A DNA stretch of 64,000 nt from Minutocellus sp. GHC0000111 (Eukaryota), in contig OZ361256.1 in the NCBI GenBank assembly GCA_977018835.1, forward strand, positions 930,001 through 994,000. Direction: 5' to 3'. This document shows positions 21,957-35,088 of this stretch, in pieces. The notes beneath the pieces are model-generated. The model had not been told where the DNA came from. It did not search any database and saw nothing but the letters and a program-made list of their open reading frames with translations. Each line of letters begins with the position of its first letter. Positions within the stretch are counted from its first letter, which is position 1. Made by a program: the position numbers and the translations under genes.

Positions 21957-24579
21957 CACAGCACCATCTGCCAGCCGGATGACTCGCATACTTTTGGTCG
22001 CACTTTCGGTGGCCGGCCGGCGCGCGAAGCAACCGACTGGCGCGCCCAACGCGAGCCACCATGGCGGCAAAAATTCAAATTGCCGCCGCTACGTGCAGAA
22101 CGAAGGCGATATCTCGCGCTGGTGTGGGAGAATTACGGCACGAGACCAACCAGGTACTCCCGACATCCTGGTGATATTCCCGTTGGTCTCGATCCATAAT
22201 TCTCCATGAGCAAAAAAAATAACGGCCGCAATCCCGCGGTCAACACCCCGCAGACAGAGTTGCAGTGCAGGACGCCCTGGCTGAACTGCTCGTCCGTCTT
22301 CGCAGAAAGGAACTTCATTACTACAATTTCATCGGCAACAACAACGACTCCTTGATGAATGTGTTGGGATGCAGTCCCATCATGTACGGCGCCGTCATGT
22401 GCACTGCGGGCATCTTGGGTTTGAAGAAGAAGAAACACACGCACGAAGACTGCGATGTGTTTTTTGTGAGGACAGACAACCAGAATGGATGGGATGAAAT
22501 GGTGTCAAGACACTGCCTTGCCGACGACGTTCAGCGAACCCCATGCAAAAAGAGCATATTTGTTCGCCTCGGTTCTATCAATCCTCGTGCAGCCGACGCT
22601 CTCCATGATGATGGATGGATGGCTTTCGACATGGTCACGGTCGAGCAACAATTTCGCCGCCTCGAAACACCGCCGCCGCGGCTCAATTTGACGAAGGCAT
22701 GCAATGCATTCCTCAAGTCGGTCGCACTACATGTGTCGGTGGGACATGCGGCGATGGACTACGAAATCAACAGGCAGATGTTGCTCGAGGCCCAGAAGTT
22801 CCCTGGTGGGTGCAATGGCCCCCAGGACGATGGGTGGGACAATGACGACGATGTTGGGACGGTGGGCACCCTGACCACGACGGAGGCCGGCGAGATCAGT
22901 GAGGACGATGACGACGAAGACGAGGACCATGTGCCCTGTTATGAGGACGAAGCTGATGTTGCAAGAGAGGACGCTACACATGAAGCATGCACATGCAGCA
23001 GTGCTTTGAGAAGAATCGTCAGAAGCACGGTGATGGCGAGCCAGAGATGGGAGCTGTCGATGATGCCGAGGATGACGATGCCCCTCACTTCCATTTCCTG
23101 AAAAAGGCCGGCATTGAGGCGGCCGACTCAGGTAAAATAAGGGCAGTGCTGGCAGAATGCTGGAGAGCTTTGTCTATTAATGTTTCTGATGGCAACAACA
23201 AGAAGAAACCAAGGACAACAGAGTTCATCCACCACAACACCTCCACCAAAGGAACTCTCCTAGAGCACAATCGCGAGGAAGATGGCATGACGGATGAGGA
23301 CATAAAAGAGCTCTGCAAAGCTTGCTCTAATTTGCTCCACACTCTTGACGCAACACATTCCAGGTTTCTGAAATGGCACATGAAATGGGATGATGAGGCA
23401 AAGAAGGCTGTGAGAGAGCTTGAAGCATTGATTGCAAGTGCCCTCAAGCAAGCACGGGCAATCGGCATTAGCATGACGCCCAAGTGGCACTTACTCGAAG
23501 ATCACATCTTGGACCAACACATTTGGCTAGTGAAGAATGGATGGGGCGGCATCTATTGGCTCGACGAATCGTTTGTAGAGCGAGCCCACCAAGAGGGCGT
23601 TAAGGAAGATCGTCGGACTCAGGGTGTCAAGGGATATGAGGCCCAACAGACGGCGCAGTTCAAGGCTGAGGAGAGGGCATCCAATCCAAAGGTCGAGGAG
23701 AGGCGGGGGAGCGAAACTCTCGGGTGGCAAGAACAAGGAAAAGGACAAGGACCGAAGCTGTTAAAGCAGAAACTGATGACAAGCGCCAACAAATGATCAT
23801 GATGGCCACCGATGGAGATGAGGATGTAGAGATGGGAGCAGGGCATGTATAAAATTAGAAAATGAAATTACACTGCTGCTGCACAACAACAAATGAATTG
23901 CATGGTCATCCAACTTTTACAAACAGTGTCGCGATTGAGCAAAAATGTAAATAGTACACCCAAACAAACACATCACGTCCTTCTTAACTCACCCATTTAT
24001 CTTCCAGACCAAAAAGTCCCTTTGTCGGGTTGATTGTTGCATAAACTTATCCCAATGCTATCTGTCTCTCCTCGGGCGCAAAACTGTTGTTGTCGGAATT
24101 CCGGGAGGTCGAGTGGGGATGCGATCGGTCGGGATCAGCGAGAGTCGGTCATACGGGGGGTGCGGCGCAATCCCGGCAGTTTATCATCAACAACAACGTG
24201 TGAAAGTACCAGAGGGTCTGGGGCATCACAACGGGAGCACGACGAGCACAAAGACGGAGCAATGGCACCACCCCCCAGAGAAACGAACGGCCGACAGATG
24301 GAGGAAAAGCAGGCCGATGGTTCGTGGCGTTGATACGCAGCGGAGGCCAATCTGAGGATACAGTAAGCTTCAACTATATCCAAACATGATAATGAATGCG
24401 TATTTGGTACGAAAATATAGTTATACGCCGGCGCAACGCCGACGGACCACCATGGTGTTGGACGGTCAAAGAATGGGTGACGAACGAGATTGGGTTTTGG
24501 TGGGTTTCTTCGTGACGTGTTCGTCTTCTGCCGAAAAACGCTTCATCCGACCGGCGAAACAAGACGAGATGGGGCTGTG
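21957..24579 (+). mobile_element. Chapaev/Transib(RAG1-related)-like DNA transposon, internally deleted, 2623 bp
   Basis: TIR CACAGCACCATCT (21957-69) pairs with AGATGGGGCTGTG (24567-79), 1 mismatch. The 4-bp TSD GGCA lies at 21953-56 and 24580-83. The right boundary is confirmed by the second copy. Confidence 0.85.
22207..23852 (+). pseudogene. Degenerate transposase of the CACAG element
   Basis: Frameshifted ORFs 22265-23101 and 22987-23796. The C-terminal motif is ISMTPKWHLLEDH...GGIYWLDESFVERAHQ (HxxxxH plus catalytic E). The two-Asp RNase H core is not seen. Confidence 0.7.
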
Positions 24580-24678
24580 GGCACGCGGCAGAGCGAGGAG
24601 TACGTCAGTGGTACAGCCTCATAATCATATGTTTCATTGCACAGACGCAAATCGATGATGCACTCAACAATAAACGTG

Positions 24679-25143
24679 ATGCAAATCGTAGCCTTCGCTT
24701 TGCTCCTGGGATCCGTAGAAGGACTGTCGGCACCATCGTCCGTCGAGCAAAGACGGTCGTTCTTGAAGCGTTGCACATCGGCGGCCACAGTAGCGGTTGG
24801 ATTCGTATTCGGCCTGCCCATTGCCCCTGCCAATGCGCGATATGTGCTGAATGAAGAAACAGGGGATTACGACGAAGTGGAAGATGATGACTGGCAGACG
24901 GCATGGGGCAAGCGACTCGACAAAGCCAAGTCCATGTCAAGCGACGAAGTATTTATGGCGGCGCAGGGGGCAGGAAATCGCAATTTGATGGAGGGTGAAG
25001 AGAGCGATGCCTCCAAAAAGAGGAGGGCACTGGCAGGATGTCGCAACGATGCCATCCGGAAAAAGGCTGGAGCTGGCGATGCTAAGGAGTGTACATCGCG
25101 CGTGCTTGGTGGTGACTTTCAGTTTATGATTGATGCCATGTGA
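24679..25143 (+). CDS. Putative thylakoid-lumen protein with tripartite targeting
   Basis: Signal peptide (MQIVAFALLLGSVEG), twin-arginine RRSFL, hydrophobic stretch and an ANA cleavage site. The start could be 24655. Confidence 0.75.
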   Translation: MQIVAFALLLGSVEGLSAPSSVEQRRSFLKRCTSAATVAVGFVFGLPIAPANARYVLNEETGDYDEVEDDDWQTAWGKRLDKAKSMSSDEVFMAAQGAGNRNLMEGEESDASKKRRALAGCRNDAIRKKAGAGDAKECTSRVLGGDFQFMIDAM

Positions 25144-25234
25144 ACAAGCAAACTATTGAAGCTGTGGATAGATACAAAAGTGGTCGGTATCTACTAAAAT
25201 GCATATTGCATGTACAAAAAATCTCTCCATAAGT

Positions 25235-26071
25235 TCAACTGCTGTTCTCCACCACCAAAGCTTCCTCGCTTTCAAAGGCCACAACCATTGGGACGGTACC
25301 TTGCGGCATGAGGGGCACCGCAAATTCGATTACAAACGCCTTTCGCGCCTTATTTTCCACCCAACCCTTATAGGCGTCCATGTCCCGTAAAAGTACTCGC
25401 ATGGCATATCCTCCTTGGCTCGCTATGCCGTGAGAATTGTCCACCATGAAGGTATTATCGACAAATATCTTTCCGACGCTGAGGGAAAGCACCCCGTCGA
25501 CCAAATGAGCAAGGGATTTGGCAGCATCCAAAAACGCTTCGATCTGGTCCGGAGTGGCGTCGGACCGTACCCTAACGATGGCGACGTGTTCTATGCCGCG
25601 ATTGGTTTTGTTGCTCGCTTCCCCGCTCTGCAAGAAGGAATTATTTCTCTTGAACAACGATGATGACTGGTGCAGCAGGGAAGATGATGATGAAGATGAG
25701 TGAATACTTTTGTCTTTGCTTTGGCCAGCAAGGCCAACGTTGTCACCACTACTTGTAGCAATGGGATTGCCAAAGGCCTCCTCATAGGTAGGTGGTGACA
25801 TTGGTCGCTCATCTGCACCGTCAGCACCACCAGAGCCATGGAAATCCTCTGCTTGCTCTTGGTCTTCCAATTTCTCCTCCTCCGGCGGTGCATTATCATC
25901 AGTTCTCCTCCTCCGACTTGGTCTGCGTGGTGCATTGAACAACATATTCCCGCCACCTCGACCAGCCGGGGGGGGCAGACTGCTGCCCGCTACTGCTGGA
26001 AACAGTCCCGACCCCGTCGGCGAAACTTCCGCGATGGTTGTGGTCGCCCGATTTTGGACTTTTCTTCGCAA
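25235..26071 (-). CDS. Stress-responsive A/B barrel (Dabb) domain protein with a disordered N-terminus
   Basis: IEHVAIVRVRSDATPDQIEAFLDAAKSLAHLVDGVLSLSVG matches the Dabb pattern. Confidence 0.75.
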   Translation of the reverse strand: MRRKVQNRATTTIAEVSPTGSGLFPAVAGSSLPPPAGRGGGNMLFNAPRRPSRRRRTDDNAPPEEEKLEDQEQAEDFHGSGGADGADERPMSPPTYEEAFGNPIATSSGDNVGLAGQSKDKSIHSSSSSSSLLHQSSSLFKRNNSFLQSGEASNKTNRGIEHVAIVRVRSDATPDQIEAFLDAAKSLAHLVDGVLSLSVGKIFVDNTFMVDNSHGIASQGGYAMRVLLRDMDAYKGWVENKARKAFVIEFAVPLMPQGTVPMVVAFESEEALVVENSS

Positions 26072-26499
26072 TGGACGACAACCTCTTCAGCATCTTGGAT
26101 GGAATGAGTCGTCGAGACGAGTTTGCTGTTTGCTGATGACGGCCTTCGCTGCTTGCACAAAGTGATAATTCGAATTCCTCTGGCCTGTTAGTTTTGTGGT
26201 AGGCGTTGCTTCTGCCCGGCGCCCCGGCCCAACAAATAAAGAAGAATATTACGAATTACTGCTGTGGCCTAATTTGCAAAGAATCGTGGCTGCACAGCAA
26301 CAAAGCAGCAACCGTTAACCCGGCCTCGCTCCCCCGGCCAATGGCAAATAAATGGCCATTGGGACAAAATGACAAAATCGCATGCGCATCGTAAATTTAA
26401 TTACGTCATCTTGACTTGGAAAGAAACCGGTGCGATTGCTTGCAGGATTTCGTCGTCATAACATAAAATGTTCAAGAAGATAATAAGAAGCAAGCAATC

Positions 26500-27623
26500 A
26501 TGCTCGGCCGCGCCACCACCACCGTCCTCCGCCGCTCCCTGGCCCGATCGGCCGCCGCCACCACCTCGTCGGTGGCAGCTCGATCTACCGCCTTTGCCCC
26601 GGCAGCCACCACAGCCATCACCACTCCTGCTCTGCCCAGCACCCGAACCTTCTCTTCCGCCATCGAGGAGAACCTGTCGGCCAAGGATGCGTGGCAAAAG
26701 TCGTGCTACGTGCAGATCGATTACACCATCAGCGAGGAGGCCACCGTGTACGATGCCATCCAGCGCTTTGCCGCGTACGATATCGGCTGCCTGGTCACGG
26801 TCGACGTCGAGGGTGCGTAGTTTGTTTTGCAGTGTGCGGATATTATGATTATTTTTGAGGCCGGAAGAAGATTCCATTGTTCCTTGATGTGTTTTTCTCT
26901 GTGCGGAATCAATTATCCAGTTTCAAGCAAGATATCCGGGCTCATCTCGGCACGGCATGCAAAGAAACTGGGATTATACTAGTATCTGGTGCTCTGGAGG
27001 GAAATGGTATGAAGTGCCTTCAAATTTTCACGAGCGGAGCAAAAGCCCTTCCATCTGGAATCGGAACCCTCCAATCCGTGTCCGTCACATGCGCCGTGCC
27101 GAAGCGATAAACCAGGCCGGATAGTACATTTGCTTGGGCATCCATTCAGCATACCATTGCATACGGCCGCTGATGAGCAGGCGCCGGGATCATTTCATTT
27201 TGAAGCCGATCTGCTGCGTTGAAGGAACTGTTTCTTGTGCTGACAAATAAAACACTGACGTATGTTTTTATCATCGTTTCCCCCGATCCCTTAGGTCACA
27301 TCTCGGGTGTAATCTCGGAGCGCGATTACGTCAACAAGATGGCCCTCCTCGGTCGGGAGTCCAAGGAAACGCTCGTCAAGGAAATTTCCACCAAAAGCGC
27401 CAACCTCATCACGGCCACCCCGCACGATTCCGTCGACGAATGTATGCAAAAGATGCTGTCCAAGGATATCCGCCATCTGCCCCTGCTGGACGATGATGGC
27501 AAGGTCGTTGGCATCCTTTCCACCAAGGATTTGGTCAAGGCGGTCGTTCAGCATCAGGAGGAAACCATCAAGATTTTGTCCGACTTTGCCCTCGGTCGGG
27601 GTGGACACTTTGGGTCCGAGTAA
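26500..27623 (+). CDS. Mitochondrial CBS-pair protein (CBSX3-like); intron 26813-27294
   Basis: Arg/Ser/Ala/Thr-rich presequence, ATVYDAIQRFAAYDIGCLVT, GVISERDYVNK and IRHLPLLDDDGKVVGILSTKDLVK. The intron joins the exons in frame. Confidence 0.9.
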
Positions 27624-27874
27624 GGTCAATTCAAAATTGGGTGGACAAATAGATGGAGTGGTGGGTAGATGGCTGCTTTAGGATTTTGCCGAACGTTCGG
27701 GCCGGAATAAAGTCGTGGAATGACGAAAAGACGGGTAATGGATGGATAGATTGGGTAGCGACCATGGCTCTTGGATATCGCGAGGCCCCGCAAACCTTAC
27801 CACGAGATGAATTTGTGAAATTAAATATTTTTTTCCCTTAGCTTGCAATACCAAATTGTTTTGCGTGGGTGGTT

Positions 27875-30800
27875 TTACAGCCAACCAAGCTTGGTAGCGG
27901 TGGTAGCAATCTTCTTATGCAAGCTAAGCTTCTCTGGGCCGTTAACTGTGCTAGATTCGAGAAGATCGAGTAGCTTGGACATGGCGTCCTCGTCGTTACG
28001 GCCAGAATCAAGTAAGGTGTCGACGTCGCGCAATGCAGTAGTAATGTCGAGAGCTTCGCTCGACGATTTCTTCTTGGAAGTGGAGGCACTGCTCTTCTTT
28101 CCCTCCTTGTCCTTGTTGGATATCCGAGCAAGAGGCTTCCGTTCACTTGAGAGATCGATTGGCTTGTTTGGAGCAGGGCTGTCCTCGTCGATTATGCTGC
28201 CGAAATCTAGCTTGGTTCTTGTATTGCTATTTTCCGCGAGAGCACGCTGGGCGCGGCCCACAGCCTTGCTCTGCTTCCGGAGCGGAGTACCAGCAAACGG
28301 TGTCTCGGGCTCGTTGTCTATCTCGATGACAGAGTTTGTATAGAGCTTATCGTGGGACGACAAGCCAACGACGCCTCGATGACTCTCGAAAAAGGAAGGC
28401 TTTCCAGAAGCTCCGACGGCATTTCTTGCGCCGCCAGCCTTTCTTGTGATCATGGAGAGCATTTCACATTCGCCTGGAGGACCAAGGGTAAAGATCTTGC
28501 GGAGATCGTCCTTGTCGAAATGCCGCTCAGTAGCACTTCCCCCTGCACCTATGACGGTTTGTCGGATGCCATCCTTGTGAACTACCTTTCGGTACATCGC
28601 CTCTTCCACTGACTCGGCAGTGATAAATCGATATACTGTTACATTCTTGGTCTGGCCGATACGAAAACATCGATCAACGGCTTGTGAGTCCTCTGCAGGG
28701 TTCCAGCTCGGACAGAAGATGACAGCTCGGTCAGCACCAGTAAGGGTAAGGCCGATGCCAGCGGCCTTTGTAGATAGAAGCATGCAATCGATGTTTGATC
28801 CGTCAGTATTGAACGCATCAACAGAACGCTGACGATCCTTTTCCTTCGTTTGGCCATCAATACGAGAGAGGGTAAGCTTTTGACTCATCACCCGTTGAAT
28901 AATATCCAGCATTTTGGTGGACTGGCTGAAAACCAGGGTTCGATGGCCCGATTGGTTGAGACGCAGGAGAAGATCGTGTAGTACGTGCAGCTTGGCGCTG
29001 TCCTCCACCAAACGTCTTCGTCCCAACTCGCACATACTCGAGTGCCCAGTCTTATCAACGAGATAGGGATGACCGCACAACTTCTTGAGCCAGGTAATGG
29101 CTTCCAATGGAGAGGCCGTCTCGCCGGTTAGAATTGACGCCACCATTCCGCCGGCAAGAAATTGATCATATTTTGTCCTCTGCTTCTCCGAAAGATGCGT
29201 GAAGACAACTAGCTCACGTTTGGTGGGGAGCATCTCCTTGAATTCCGAACTCTTGAGACGCTGAAGGAAATGTGGACGGAGCTTGGCTTGGAGTTCCTTA
29301 TTGGCCTTTTCCGCTGTTCGGATAGTCCATTCGGTTGCATTCTTCATCCGACCTGCTTCAATAGGATCCCCGTAGCTGTTCTGAAACCGACGGAGAGGGC
29401 CCAGAAGACGACCAGATGTGGCAAAGTCAAAGAGTGCCCACAGCTCTTTGAGGTTGTTTTGGATGGGCGTTCCTGTAAGCAAGAGTCTTCTGGTTTTAAA
29501 GTCATCGCCGGACCGTCCCTTGCATATCCTTCTGCAAGCCTTGCTGACTTGAGTATTTGGATTCTTCATCTTATGACCTTCATCAACGACGACGTAGTCC
29601 CAGGCTCCTCCTACATCCACGCCTCGTTCCTGCGAGACAAAGTCTAGGGGGCTGTTGGATACCAAGCCATACGAGGTAATGACGAGATGAGGGCGCTTCT
29701 TGGAGCAATGGAGGGCATCCTGAAGGATATGCGCGCGACGATGCTTCTTCACATCGGACGATACAACACAAATGTTGATCTTGGGCACGCAACTCTGACG
29801 GAGGATGGTTTCACCCTCCCGCTCCCAGGTTCGGATGACGGATACAGGGCATATGATGAGAGCATTCCGAATGGTTCTGGCTCGCATAAGCCCACCGAGG
29901 TAGGTGAGGGTTTGGAAGGTCTGATGAAAAAAAAGGGTTGTTAGAGTTGGCACATATGTTTGGTTAGAATATGCTACGAGATTAGAAATCAGGGTGGGCT
30001 GTGAAACTTCATAGAGATGCACGTGTACACTTACCTTGCCAAGGCCCATGTCATCTCCGAGGATGCCGCCGACGCCCCCTCGATGCATGCTGGCCATCCA
30101 CTGCACTCCTATTTTTTGGTGCGGATACAAGCGTTGGTATAACTCGGCAGGAAGGCGCAGATTCGGCCACATATCAGACCCACCAGCTCCACTACCACTT
30201 CCAGACAAGTAAAACTCATCGGCCTCGGCATCGTGGGTCCATGCGCTATCGGCTGGCTCCGAGGACGGTTTGCTATCTTCGTCATCTATGGAAGTCATGT
30301 CGACCCGATCGGGAGATGGTTCCAATGGAGACAGGACGAGGGCCGGTACTTCCTCCGATGACGCCGACTTGCTGTCGTCGTCATTGTCGTCCGGCGTGGT
30401 CGGTGAAGATATCTTGAGCCCGTCACGAAAGAGGTTGTCAATCTCATTGGTACCAGCATTGCCAATCTTTCCCTCATCGTCCGATATGGTGATGCCAGAC
30501 GACGAAGATGAACTTGTGGAGTAGGAAGCATCGTCGTCATTTGCCTCGCTCTTGACATCTTCATCGTCGCCCTCCTCGTCATCGGTATCCACCAACAGCT
30601 GTACCGGCTCCCTGGGCTTCGTCATGGCATCATCGTTACGTCCATTGCGATTGGTACCACCGGTACTTGCTGCCTTCTTTTGCTTTCTACCAGAGGGCAC
30701 GTAGTACGACGTCTGGAAGATGTCGTCATCATCATCGGCCTCGGATTCGGTTTCCTCCTCCTCCTCCTCCCCGACGTCACTGTCATCATCACCACTTTCG

Positions 30801-31975
30801 TAATTCAAATCCTCCAACCTCAGCGGCGTCCTTTCAGTGCCCCCACCGAATCTTTTGCGCATGTTGTCCCACCGTCGCTGGGCGGGCGTCTGGACAATGC
30901 CATTGGTGTTGGCGGTATCGTCGAGTCCGGTGTCCGGCGTTTGTGCCGGTGCCGGCGAGGTCATTTTGCTAGTACTTTCCTCCTTTCCAATAATATCATC
31001 GGTATCTTCCAAATTATCCCCACAACCATCACTGTTACCATTCTGATCTGAATCTGCGTTGGCACTGGCACTAGCATCCAACGGCACACCACAAGGAGGA
31101 GTGGCTGCGACTGGAGCAGGAGTATAAGTAGCAGGAGTTGTGCCAGTATCAGCAGGAGTGCCAATCGCCGTCCCGATGGGAGTGCCTACGACCCCCACGG
31201 GCGATAGTGCCAGCCCATCCAACGCCGCGATAAGGCCCAGATTGTCGTCGTCACCGCCACCTTTGGCACCATTTGTATAGACAGCACTACTAGCACTGCT
31301 GCCCCTACTAGCATCGATCTGCCGTGCAGACATTGAGGTTGCCCCGGATGACGATGCTGCCGCCCCGGTCGAAGCAGGAGCGACCGCGCTACATGTGCCA
31401 ATGTGTTGATGACGATGATGGTGGAGAATGCTGGGCGTCCCGAGGGTGAGGTTCAACGTGGTACTGATACATGCAGTGCTGCTGCTGGCCATGGGGCGTG
31501 TGTCATCAGTTTGGGAATGCGCATTCCCGTCGGATTAGGCATTGCTGTCATCTTCAACGTCATCGTCATCATCTTCTTCTTCGCTACTGCTGGTATCGTC
31601 GTCGTCGTCAATGACCAGACGACGTCGACGCATCGCCATCGCTTTCCTTTCGAGCTTGCTCTTGCTCGTCTTGCCGCCGCTGCATGCAGTGCCGGCCAAA
31701 ACTCCCTTGGGTTCATCATCGCTGCCATCTTCGCCATCTCCATCACTGCCGGCACTCGCACATGCACCGCCATGCTGCTGTTGCCGACCTCCGGCGCCAT
31801 TGGCACTTTCCGCCGTTGCCGATTGCGATGCAGATGCCGATGCCGACGGCGGCAGTCCCGGCGAGACTGCGCGCCGGGAGAAGGCCGGGCGGAACAGCAC
31901 CGAATCGTCGGAGTCGTCACTGCTGCTGTCGGAATCGGAATCGGATTCGGTGGTGGCATCGCTGAGCAGCCCCAT
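27875..31975 (-). CDS. SNF2-family ATPase, ERCC6/ERCC6L-like; intron 30034-29921; in-frame TAA at 31537-31535
   Basis: LYPHQKIGVQWM, GGILGDDMGLGK|T, DEGH, LLTGTPIQNNL, LVFSQSTKMLDII and SWNPAEDSQAVDRCFRIGQ. The acidic upstream ORF 31535-31975 is in the same frame, separated by one stop. Confidence 0.88.
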
Positions 31976-32360
31976 CTTGCTTGGTCGGTCGGTCGAGCTT
32001 GCTTAGGGCATGGGAAGATAGATGTGCAAATTAATTGTGTCGTTGGAGCAGTCCAGGAAATGCTAAAAGCACAGGAAACCCAGTTTCTGCTGCTGACTTG
32101 AAAACTTGAGGTCTGTCCTTCGTTCATTCAGGCAGCGAACGGCCGACATTCTTCGGGCCGATCGAGGGCGGTTTCGTACTAGTATTGTATCATCGTGGCA
32201 TCGTTCGTGCCTGCCTGGCCTGGCCTGGCCTACTGAGCTCACCGGTACCGCCTCGTTACCAGTACTCACACCCACCCACCGGCCGAGCCGCGCCAATAAA
32301 TACCGCAGGCAGCATAGCAAAGCAGAGCGTCGACCGGCAGAATTGCCCGTAGTTCCGACC

Positions 32361-35088
32361 ATGTCCTCCTCCCACCAACAGCAAACCGACGACGAGGTCC
32401 TGCAGGAAACGTTGACGGAAATCCGTTTGGCCCACGTCGAAATGAAGGCGTGGTACAACGCGTCGGCGTCCCCCTCGGCCTTGGCCCTCCACTCGTTGCA
32501 CGGACCCAAATATCCCACCTTTTGGCGCGACGTGGTCAACTGGGGCCACGACGGCCAGGGGTGGAGGGATGCCCGACGGGCGTATTTGAAATGGTCGGAG
32601 GGCGGCGGGAGGGAGGAGGAGGAGCGGCGGGCCAAGGAGAAACGGGTGGAGCAGGAGGAGGGGGAGCGGAGGCGGCTGGAGGAGGAGCAGAGGGCGGTGT
32701 TGGCGGCCATTAGTGGCGGTGGCACTGGCGATGCTGCCGGAGTTGGAGATGGTGAGAGCGGCGGAGATTCGGCGGCCGCCGCCGAGGAGAAGAAGGACGA
32801 CGCCGGTAGTAGTGCGAGCGTCAAGCCCCGCAAGAGGCGGTCGCGATGGGCCGCCTCGGCCGAGGCTCCGACCGACGCCGAGCTGGCGGCTGCGGGGGCC
32901 GACGGTGCCGGTGCGTCCGCGGCGGCAGGCGATGGGCAGCCCCCGACCAAGCGCAAGTCCCGCTGGGCTCGGGAGGGTGGGGCCGAGAACGGGGGACTCC
33001 GGAATCCCGATGCTGCTGCCAGCAATGGCGGTGCTGCTGCTGCCGGTACTGACGGTGGCAGTGGTGCCCCGTCGGCCGACTCGGCGTTCGCGGCCGCCCT
33101 GGGCATCGGGGGTGCCGGCACCGCAGCTGCAGCTACCTCCACCACGGATGCATTGTCGGCCGCCCTGCCGGGCATGGGCGGCGGAACTGCCGTCCCCGCA
33201 CTCACGCCCGAACAGCAGACCCAGCTCACCAGCCTGCAATCCCACCAGCGCACCATCAACTCCAAGCTGTCCAACCTCGAACTCGAAGCCAAGCGCGTGG
33301 ACGACCTGCCGCACGGCCATCCCGACCGCAGCCCGTCCCCGCCGCCCATTTATGATGCGATGGGCAAGCGCAAGAACACCCGCGCCGTCCGGTGGCGGGA
33401 ACGCTACACGAACGAACGCCAAGACATTCTGGAACAGATGATGGACCTCAACCCCACCATGCGGCCGGCAGGATGGAAGCGGCGGCAGCGATCCCGAAAA
33501 ATCCGCATCCCGATCGAGGAGCATCCCAACTACAACTTCATCGGGCTCATCATCGGACCCCGGGGCAAGACCCAAAAGGAGCTGGAGGCCCGGACGGGGT
33601 GCAAGATTGCCATCCGCGGCAAGGGCAGCGTCAAGGAGGGGGCCGGAGCGGCACGGCGTTGATGGAGGGGAGCGACGATCCCTTGCACGTGCTGATTACC
33701 GGGGACGACCCCGCCAAGCTCGACGAGGCCGCCAAGCTCATCGAGGACATGCTGGTCGTCATCGACGACGAAAAAACGTCCACAAGCAGGCCCAATTGCG
33801 CGAGCTGGCCCTCCTGAACGGCACATTGAAGGAGGAGGAGTACTGTCCCATCTGCGCCGACAAGGGCCATCGGGCCTTCGAGTGTCCCCAGCGGTTCAGC
33901 AGCGCGGCCATGGGGGGCAGGGGCGGGGCCGTCCAGGTCAAGTGCGCCATCTGCGGGGATACCAGCCACCCCACCCGGGATTGCGTCCAGAACCAGCAGC
34001 AGACGGGCAACGGCCTTGGCGATGGTGCTGGTGGTGCCGGTGGTGCGGAGGATGCCGAGGGACGGGCCAAGGCCGCCGAGGAGGCCGATGCCGACTACCT
34101 GGACTTTATGGCCGAGTTGGATGGCAAGCCCCGTGCCGAAACAGAAAAGGCCGGCGGCGGCGATGGTACCAAAACTGACAAGCCAGCGGCGGCTTCCATC
34201 GGTGCCGGTGATGGATTGCCCGTATGCCAGCCGGTTGGAAGCTGCTCGGCCGTCACCACCATCTCCAGTACCATCGAGGGCAGGGTCGTGGAAGCCCCCG
34301 CTGTTGCAGCTCCCCCGCCGGCGCCTTCTGCCGATGGCGGATCCTTCCTCACCATCATTTCCTCGGCGACTGTCAAGACGGTGGATCCCAGTGCTGCTCC
34401 CGACGGAGCTGCTTCTACGGTGGCTGCTGACGATACTAGTAAGAAGGAAGGTGATCAAGTAGCAGCCCCGGCAGCTCCGGCCGCTACCAATGGAGTTGCT
34501 CTTCCACCTGCGCCTTCTGGCTCGCCTCCCAAGCCACCCTCAATGCCTCCACCACCGACCATCGCACCGCCCGCCCCTCAAAATGCCAGTGCAAGCCTAC
34601 CACTGCCGCCACCGCCCGCGGGTCCTCCGCCTTCCCTACCGGCTGGTCTTCCCCCGCCGCCACCGCCGTCTCTACCGGGTTCTCAAGCTGCAGCGGGAAA
34701 TCTTCCGCTTCCGCCGCCTCCCCCGGGTCCACCTCCTCCTCTGGGCCCTTCTGGACCTCATGGCGCGTATGGACAACATCCGCATCAGTCACCCCCTGGC
34801 CCACCTCCTCCAGCCTATGGCTATCCTCACCAACAGCAGCAAAGTCATTACGGAGGATATCACCAGCAGCGGCCACCCCCTCCTGCATATGGGCATCAGC
34901 AGCAGCATCAGTATCCCCAACAGCCATATGGCGGCGGTCCACAGGGAGGGTATGGACGCAATCCTCAGTACCAAGGGCAGCAGCAGCAGGGCGGCGGCTG
35001 GGATCCGCGAACGTATTATGGAAACGCTCCAACGGGGGGCGACGCACAAGGTGCCGGTGGCTTCAACTGGTGGGAGAGCAATGAATAG
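32361..35088 (+). CDS. SF1: Splicing factor 1 / branchpoint-binding protein; frameshifts near 33645 and 33775
   Basis: RKRRSRW and KRKSRW ULM motifs, RSPSPPPIYD, KH-QUA2 (NFIGLIIGPRGKTQK...KIAIRGKGSVKEG; QLRELALLNGTL), two zinc knuckles and a Pro-rich tail. Confidence 0.93.

Noticed and set aside
32063..33575. Long antisense ORFs (428 and 439 aa), and similar ones at 8795, 13382, 31403 and 60726
   Set aside because: These are shadows of GC-rich, codon-biased genes on the opposite strand.
33640..33780. Programmed frameshifting in SF1
   Set aside because: The shifts fall inside the conserved KH-QUA2 domain. One is a homopolymer slip and the other looks like a small deletion.
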